32,000 bases of DNA from Caedibacter taeniospiralis (lineage in GTDB: Bacteria > Pseudomonadota > Gammaproteobacteria > Francisellales > Francisellaceae). Location of the stretch: NCBI RefSeq assembly GCF_002803295.2, contig NZ_PGGB02000008.1:1-32000 (forward strand). Direction: 5' to 3'. The translations under genes and the position numbers were made by a program. Shown here piece by piece: positions 26,931-32,000 of the stretch; positions within the stretch are counted from its first letter, which is position 1, and each line of letters begins with the position of its first letter. Below the pieces are notes generated by a model. It was not told the origin of the DNA, searched no databases, and saw only the letters and a program-made list of their open reading frames with translations.

Positions 26931-29111
26931 ATGACTATTGTACGGGTATTGGTTCTAGGACCTTTTGAAGAAGGCTTAGACTATTTATATCCATTTGCTA
27001 ACCTGCCTACGCCATTTACTCGTGTCCTTGTACCACTTGGTAAACGCACGGTCATTGGCATGATTAGCGAAATTAATCCAACCACCCAGCTATCACGCGA
27101 TGAATTAAAGCCTGTTACTAAACTGCTTGACGATAATAAATCCCTGTTGTCAGATCGAAGTATTGCAATGATTAAATGGCTCGCTAAATACTATCAATGC
27201 ACACTCTACCAGGCGCTTAAATTATCCCTTCCCAAACTCTATCTACAAAAAGAGCATCCTGAAATTTCACATCAGATAAGCTATCAGCTAAATAACGTCA
27301 CGGTTATCCCTCCCCAAAATGCACACAAACAACTTAAGGCAATCGCACTGCTAAAAGAGCATCAAACGCTCACTCATGAAGCCTTTCTGGCACAAGAGAT
27401 CAATCAGGCAACACTTAAAGCATTGCTTCAAAAAAACATTATCCGCAAAAAAGACCAACCTGTTGCAGCATCTAATTCCTGCTCAGTGAAATGCACACCA
27501 CGTACATTAACGCCCAATCAACAGGCAGTTGTTGCTCGCATCCACCAAAACCTTAATAGCTTCAAAACCTTTTTACTCTTTGGAATCACAGGCAGCGGCA
27601 AAACAGAAGTTTATATTGAAGCCATAAAGCCCATTATCCAAGGTGGTCTGCAGGTGTTAATACTGGTGCCTGAAATTAATCTCACCCCTCAAACGCTAAC
27701 GCGCTTTCAGCAAAGCTTTAACAACCCTGTTGCTGCTATTCACTCACAACTGAGTGACCAAGCGCGCTTTGATTTATTTGTAAAAGTGCAAAGCGGAGAG
27801 ATCAAGATCCTCATTACCACACGCTCGGGTCTTTTGTTTGACACCCCTAACCTGGGGATGATTATCGTTGATGAAGAACATGATGGCTCGTACAAGCAGC
27901 AAAACATCCCCACCTACCACGCTCGCGATATCGCGATCGTTAAAGCACAACAGCATAATGTGCCCATTATTCTTGGCAGTGGCACACCATCGATCGAAAG
28001 CTATTATCATGCTATGAATGGCAAATATGAGTTATTAATCCTAAAAAATCGCGCACTTAATCAACTGAGCAACCAGGTACATATCATTAATCTGCAAAGG
28101 CAACAAACTCAGGCAGGCTTAAGCCCAACGCTTATCGATAAAATCAGACAGACACTTGCCAAACATGAGCAGGTGTTATTATTTATTAATCGTCGTGGCT
28201 TTGCTCATAGTCTAATCTGCCAGGATTGTGGCTGGTGCGCCAACTGCAATCAATGCGAGAAGCCCTATACATTGCATCAAAAACCACAACATCTCGCGTG
28301 TCATTTTTGTGGTAAGGCGCGTAATATTATTCTGCAATGCCCCAACTGCCAATCACATAATCTTACTGATCTTGGACATGGCACCGAAAAGCTTGAAGAT
28401 GAACTTAATCTTATCTTTCCTTCTGCTAAGACTGCCCGATTGGATCGTAGCTCAACGCAAAAAAAGGGCTCACTTGAAACCGCACTTAATGATATACAAT
28501 CACGACAAGTAGACATTGTCGTTGGCACACAAATGATTGCCAAGGGGCATGACTTTCAGAATGTAAGCCTTGTTGGAATCATCAATGCTGATGCGGGATT
28601 TTATAGTCAGGATTTTCATTCAATTGAAAAAACAGCGCAACTGATCATTCAGGTGGCAGGCAGAACAGGGCGAGGTAACAAAGCAGGAGACGTTTACCTG
28701 CAAACCTATCAGCCAGATAACCCGCTTTTGCACTTAATTCTTCAATCAAGTTATGGGCACTTTCTAGCACAAACACTTGAAACACGTAAGCTTTTAAACT
28801 ACCCACCCTACACCTGTCAGGCCTATATCTATGCTCAAGCCAGCAAAACAAGCACATGTACTCACAGCCTGCAAAAAATTTATCAAACACTTATTCACTG
28901 CAATGCACAGCAACAGTTACACTGTCAGGTTTCTTCGGTGCTTCCTGCTATTAACATCAAGCAAGCAGGGCATTACCGCTTTATGATTATGCTGACTGCC
29001 ACCACACGCAAAGCATTACAGCAACTACTAAAGATGATTTCTGCAGCGACAGCCGAAGCGCGCAAAAAAGCGAAAATCACGATTGATATTGATCCGATTG
29101 AGATCAAATAG
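26931..29111 (+). CDS. priA: Primosomal protein N' (replication restart helicase)
   Basis: LLFGITGSGKTEVYIEAI, IIVDEEHDGSYKQ, zinc-finger cysteine pairs CQDCGWCANCNQC...CHFCG...CPNC, GTERVE-like GHGTEKLEDEL, VGTQMIAKGHDFQNVSLVGI. Confidence 0.98.
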   Translation: MTIVRVLVLGPFEEGLDYLYPFANLPTPFTRVLVPLGKRTVIGMISEINPTTQLSRDELKPVTKLLDDNKSLLSDRSIAMIKWLAKYYQCTLYQALKLSLPKLYLQKEHPEISHQISYQLNNVTVIPPQNAHKQLKAIALLKEHQTLTHEAFLAQEINQATLKALLQKNIIRKKDQPVAASNSCSVKCTPRTLTPNQQAVVARIHQNLNSFKTFLLFGITGSGKTEVYIEAIKPIIQGGLQVLILVPEINLTPQTLTRFQQSFNNPVAAIHSQLSDQARFDLFVKVQSGEIKILITTRSGLLFDTPNLGMIIVDEEHDGSYKQQNIPTYHARDIAIVKAQQHNVPIILGSGTPSIESYYHAMNGKYELLILKNRALNQLSNQVHIINLQRQQTQAGLSPTLIDKIRQTLAKHEQVLLFINRRGFAHSLICQDCGWCANCNQCEKPYTLHQKPQHLACHFCGKARNIILQCPNCQSHNLTDLGHGTEKLEDELNLIFPSAKTARLDRSSTQKKGSLETALNDIQSRQVDIVVGTQMIAKGHDFQNVSLVGIINADAGFYSQDFHSIEKTAQLIIQVAGRTGRGNKAGDVYLQTYQPDNPLLHLILQSSYGHFLAQTLETRKLLNYPPYTCQAYIYAQASKTSTCTHSLQKIYQTLIHCNAQQQLHCQVSSVLPAINIKQAGHYRFMIMLTATTRKALQQLLKMISAATAEARKKAKITIDIDPIEIK

Positions 29112-29128
29112 CTATCATGTTCTTTCGA

Positions 29129-29388
29129 TTATGACAGGGTATCGAAAGGATACTCAGGATGCCCTCGTTTTTTCGGTGCCAAATAAGCGCCTAAAGACAG
29201 TGTCGTTTTTGGGATCTGGATATTTCTGGATAGGCATGGCAGAATCTTTGATTCATGCCTGTTGAGGAGGAAGTCCATATAAGTCAGATGCAAAAGGCTA
29301 TTTGAGAGCTTTACTTTAACAGCCAGAACCAATAAACAATCAATAAAATAAGGATTACTCCCAATCCATTTACTATCCAAAAAATCAT
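29129..29388 (-). pseudogene. Probable decayed membrane-anchored cupredoxin-domain gene downstream of copA
   Basis: Minus frame A: MIFWIVNGLGVILILLIVYWFWLLK* (29311-29388). Minus frame B downstream: ...YMDFLLNRHESKILPCLSRNIQIPKTTLSLGAYLAPKKRGHPEYPFDTLS*, resembling a cupredoxin core. Confidence 0.4.
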
Positions 29389-29450
29389 ATGCTGCTCCTA
29401 TGTTCATTTAAAAAATCGACTTAAACAAATTTTTCGCCGAGACAAATAGT

Positions 29451-29555
29451 CACGGTCATTCCCGCGAAGGCGGGAATCCAGCCAGGGGCGGAAAATATTT
29501 CGCCCCTGGCTTCAAGTAGGGTGACGGTGGGCAGAAAGATGGTCAGAGCCAAAAA
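29451..29555 (+). repeat. Dispersed repeat copy 2, overlapping the copA 3' end
   Basis: CACGGTCATTCCCGCGAAGGCGGGAATC ... GTAGGGTGACGGTGGGCAGAAAGATGGTCAGAGCCAAAA. Contains a second hairpin GCCAGGGGCG...CGCCCCTGGC. Confidence 0.85.
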
Positions 29556-31743
29556 ATCTCAACCGATTTGCATTAATAATGACCGTTAATGAGGATGCCG
29601 CCATCACCGCCCCTGCAATAATCGGGTTTAACAGCATCCCAGTTAATGGGAATAATGCCCCTGCTGCAATCGGAATCCCTAAACCATTATAAATAAACGC
29701 ACCCCACAAATTTTGTTTAATATTCCTCATAGTTGCTTGAGAAACCGCAATAGCATCAACCACTCCAGTCAACGAACTTCTCATGAGCGTGATATCTGCA
29801 CTTTCTAGCGCGATATCCGTCCCATTACCAATTGCAAAGCCAACGTCTGCCTGCGTCAATGCAGGGGCGTCGTTGATGCCATCACCCACCATCGCAACAG
29901 GTTGATTTTGCTGCTGCAATGAAGCGATATAACTGGCTTTATCCTGTGGCATTACTTCTGCCATCACATTTTTGATGCCTAACTGACTGGCAATAGCCCA
30001 CGCCGTACGCTTATTATCACCTGTTACCATAGTGATCTTTATATTCAAATCCTCAAGCTTTTTAATTGCAGCCAAGGCGTCTTCGTTGATGGGATCGGCA
30101 ACTGCGACAATACCCATGAGCTTTGATTCTAGCGCTACAAACATGACGGTTTGACCTTGCTGAGACATTTGATTGAAAGTATCCATAAATGCACTCACCT
30201 CAACTTGGCAGTTTTCCATCATCCTGACATTTCCAATCGCAACATTTTTATCCTCTATTTTAGCGCTAACCCCCAACCCTGTATGGCTATAAAAATGGCT
30301 GACTGGTAGTAAACTCAGTGACTTGTCTTTCGCTTTTTTAACGATTGCTTCTGCCAGCGGGTGCTCTGAATGCGCTTCAATACTTACCATAATCTGCAAT
30401 AAATAATCTTCCGACACACCCTCAACACACTCAATCGCGATGACTTCAGACTCACCCTTCGTGATCGTCCCTGTTTTATCAAGTACAACATGGTTTAATT
30501 GACTTGATTTTTGCAAGGCTTCACCATTACGAATCAAGACCCCCATTTGTGCAGCTTTCCCCATGCCCACAATAACTGAAATTGGCGTTGCCAACCCCAG
30601 TGCACAGGGACAAGCAATAACCAAAACAGTGATGCTCGTTACCACTGCAAAACCGGCAGAAAAGCCGAGGTTAAACCAAATAAGCGCCGTAATCACAGCA
30701 CAGATCATAACAGCAGGGACAAAGTAGCTTGAAACAACATCGGCAAGTTTGGCAATAGAGGGTTTTGTGCTTTGCGCATTTTTCACTAAAGTCACGATTT
30801 GCGCAAGCAGAGTATCTTTGGTTGCCTTAGTTACCTTATAGGTAAAGCTCCCATTTTTATTTATCGTTCCTGCATAGACTTCATCATCAATGTTTTTAGA
30901 TACTGCAATACCTTCCCCTGTTAGCATCGATTCATCAACATGCGATTTCCCTACCACAACAATCCCATCTAATGCAATTTTTTCACCAGGTCGGACTCTC
31001 AGCAAATCTCCAGGCTTTATGTAATTAATTGCTACCTCTTGCACCTTGGCATCCTTTAGCACCACGTGTGCCGTTTGCGGTTGCAACCCAATTAAATGCT
31101 GGATTGCCAGGGAGGTCCTTCCTCTTGCTTTTACTTCCAAAAAAGCACCTAAATTAACCAAAGCAATGATCAATAATGAGGCTTCGAGGTAGACGTGTCG
31201 CGCATTCTCTGGCATCCAGTAAGGAAAGAAAATAACCATCGCAGAGTAGCCCCAGGCGGCTAAAGTTCCAAGGCTGATTAAGGTATCCATGGTCGCATGG
31301 TGCTGCAAAAGCGCTTTATAGGCCGCATAATACATGTGCTGAGCAGCATAGAACAGGATGAACAACGTCAAACCTGTCATGCAAAGCCAAAACAGATTTA
31401 CGGCATCAGACGTTATCATAGCCGCTTGAGCAGACATCCCATAGACCATAATAAACAGCCCAAGTACCGTTGGAATGATAATCTTCAAGAGTTGAGCCAT
31501 ATCTGTTTTGTGAAGAATATCAGCTGTCACTTCTTCACGACTAGAACTCACCTGATAACCAATTTTAGCCAAAGCAGTGATGACTTCATCAGCATCGACA
31601 CTGCCAAGCACCAGGAGTGTACGCTCTGCAAAGTTTACCCGAACATTGTCGATCAGGGACAATTGCGCCAGCGTTTTTTCAATTTTACTGACACAGCTCA
31701 TACAAGAAACATTGTGTAATTTAAATTCTTGTGATGCTTTCAT
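29512..31743 (-). CDS. copA: Copper-translocating P1B-type ATPase
   Basis: CMSC HMA motif, CPCALGLATP, DKTGTITKG, HPLAEAI, MVGDGINDAPALTQADVGFAIGNGTDIALESADI. Confidence 0.95.
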   Translation of the reverse strand: MKASQEFKLHNVSCMSCVSKIEKTLAQLSLIDNVRVNFAERTLLVLGSVDADEVITALAKIGYQVSSSREEVTADILHKTDMAQLLKIIIPTVLGLFIMVYGMSAQAAMITSDAVNLFWLCMTGLTLFILFYAAQHMYYAAYKALLQHHATMDTLISLGTLAAWGYSAMVIFFPYWMPENARHVYLEASLLIIALVNLGAFLEVKARGRTSLAIQHLIGLQPQTAHVVLKDAKVQEVAINYIKPGDLLRVRPGEKIALDGIVVVGKSHVDESMLTGEGIAVSKNIDDEVYAGTINKNGSFTYKVTKATKDTLLAQIVTLVKNAQSTKPSIAKLADVVSSYFVPAVMICAVITALIWFNLGFSAGFAVVTSITVLVIACPCALGLATPISVIVGMGKAAQMGVLIRNGEALQKSSQLNHVVLDKTGTITKGESEVIAIECVEGVSEDYLLQIMVSIEAHSEHPLAEAIVKKAKDKSLSLLPVSHFYSHTGLGVSAKIEDKNVAIGNVRMMENCQVEVSAFMDTFNQMSQQGQTVMFVALESKLMGIVAVADPINEDALAAIKKLEDLNIKITMVTGDNKRTAWAIASQLGIKNVMAEVMPQDKASYIASLQQQNQPVAMVGDGINDAPALTQADVGFAIGNGTDIALESADITLMRSSLTGVVDAIAVSQATMRNIKQNLWGAFIYNGLGIPIAAGALFPLTGMLLNPIIAGAVMAASSLTVIINANRLRFFGSDHLSAHRHPT

Positions 31744-31885
31744 CCTCTCCCTCCTTGTTTGCTTTGCCTTCTAACCCATATAAATTCTGCATGATAGAAC
31801 AGCTGCTGATCAAGGCAGATATTTCATATTTTTTGAAACTTTGCAGTTGACATCCAACCTGAATTCTATAGAATGCCTTCCTGTT

Positions 31886-31961
31886 GCCGACATGGCTCAA
31901 CTGGTAGAGCAGCCGACTTGTAATCGGCAGGTTCCGGGTTCAAGTCCTGGTGTCGGCACCA
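31886..31961 (+). tRNA. tRNA-Thr (anticodon TGT), encoded CCA
   Basis: GCCGACATGGCTCAACTGGTAGAGCAGCCGACTTGTAATCGGCAGGTTCCGGGTTCAAGTCCTGGTGTCGGCACCA, canonical cloverleaf. Confidence 0.95.
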
Positions 31962-31968
31962 TCTACGC

Positions 31969-32000
31969 GGAGTGGTAGTTCAGTTGGTTAGAATACCTGC
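31969..32000 (+). tRNA. Partial tRNA-Asp (5' part; truncated by window end)
   Basis: GGAGTGGTAGTTCAGTTGGTTAGAATACCTGC matches the 5' half of bacterial tRNA-Asp. Anticodon not fully visible. Confidence 0.75.

Noticed and set aside
31297-31719. 140-aa plus-strand ORF antisense to copA
   Set aside because: Entirely opposite the conserved N-terminal part of CopA; no RBS or family motif.
1-32000. CRISPR array or retron-like system
   Set aside because: No regularly spaced direct repeats, Cas motifs or YxDD-type reverse transcriptase ORF were seen anywhere in the window.

Overview
This 32 kb chromosomal window looks like a Legionellales/Coxiellaceae-type gammaproteobacterium (inferred from gene content). 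It has three parts. (1) Positions 1 to about 13.7 kb are accessory. They hold the 3' end of a tyrosine recombinase, a thin-pilus module resembling IncI/R64 (PilQ-like ATPase, PilR-like membrane protein, PilS-like and PilV-like prepilins), an exported orphan protein, and a type IVB (Dot/Icm) cluster: IcmC/D-like, DotD, DotC, DotB, IcmT, IcmO(DotL), a small unknown ORF, IcmP(DotM). The icmO frame is complete over about 780 codons except for one in-frame TAA (11361-11363) that replaces the expected Walker B glutamate. DotC lacks an in-frame signal peptide/lipobox. (2) About 13.8-32 kb is mainly housekeeping: gamma-carbonic anhydrase, lolB, ispE, tRNA-Gln, ftsY, two fis-like genes, secA, a dciA-like gene, gph, rph, mtnN, an MFS transporter, priA, copA, tRNA-Thr and a partial tRNA-Asp. 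(3) Decayed islands lie between them. These are a type I R-M relic (hsdM and hsdS tails) beside an intact rhuM-like gene, a probable cupredoxin remnant beside copA, a dispersed ~100-bp repeat whose copy supplies the copA stop codon, and a ~445-bp nested inverted-repeat element carrying a DUF559-like nuclease remnant (6217-6662). That last element is the best candidate for an under-described mobile unit. All homology calls come from motif recognition by eye; no database search was run.
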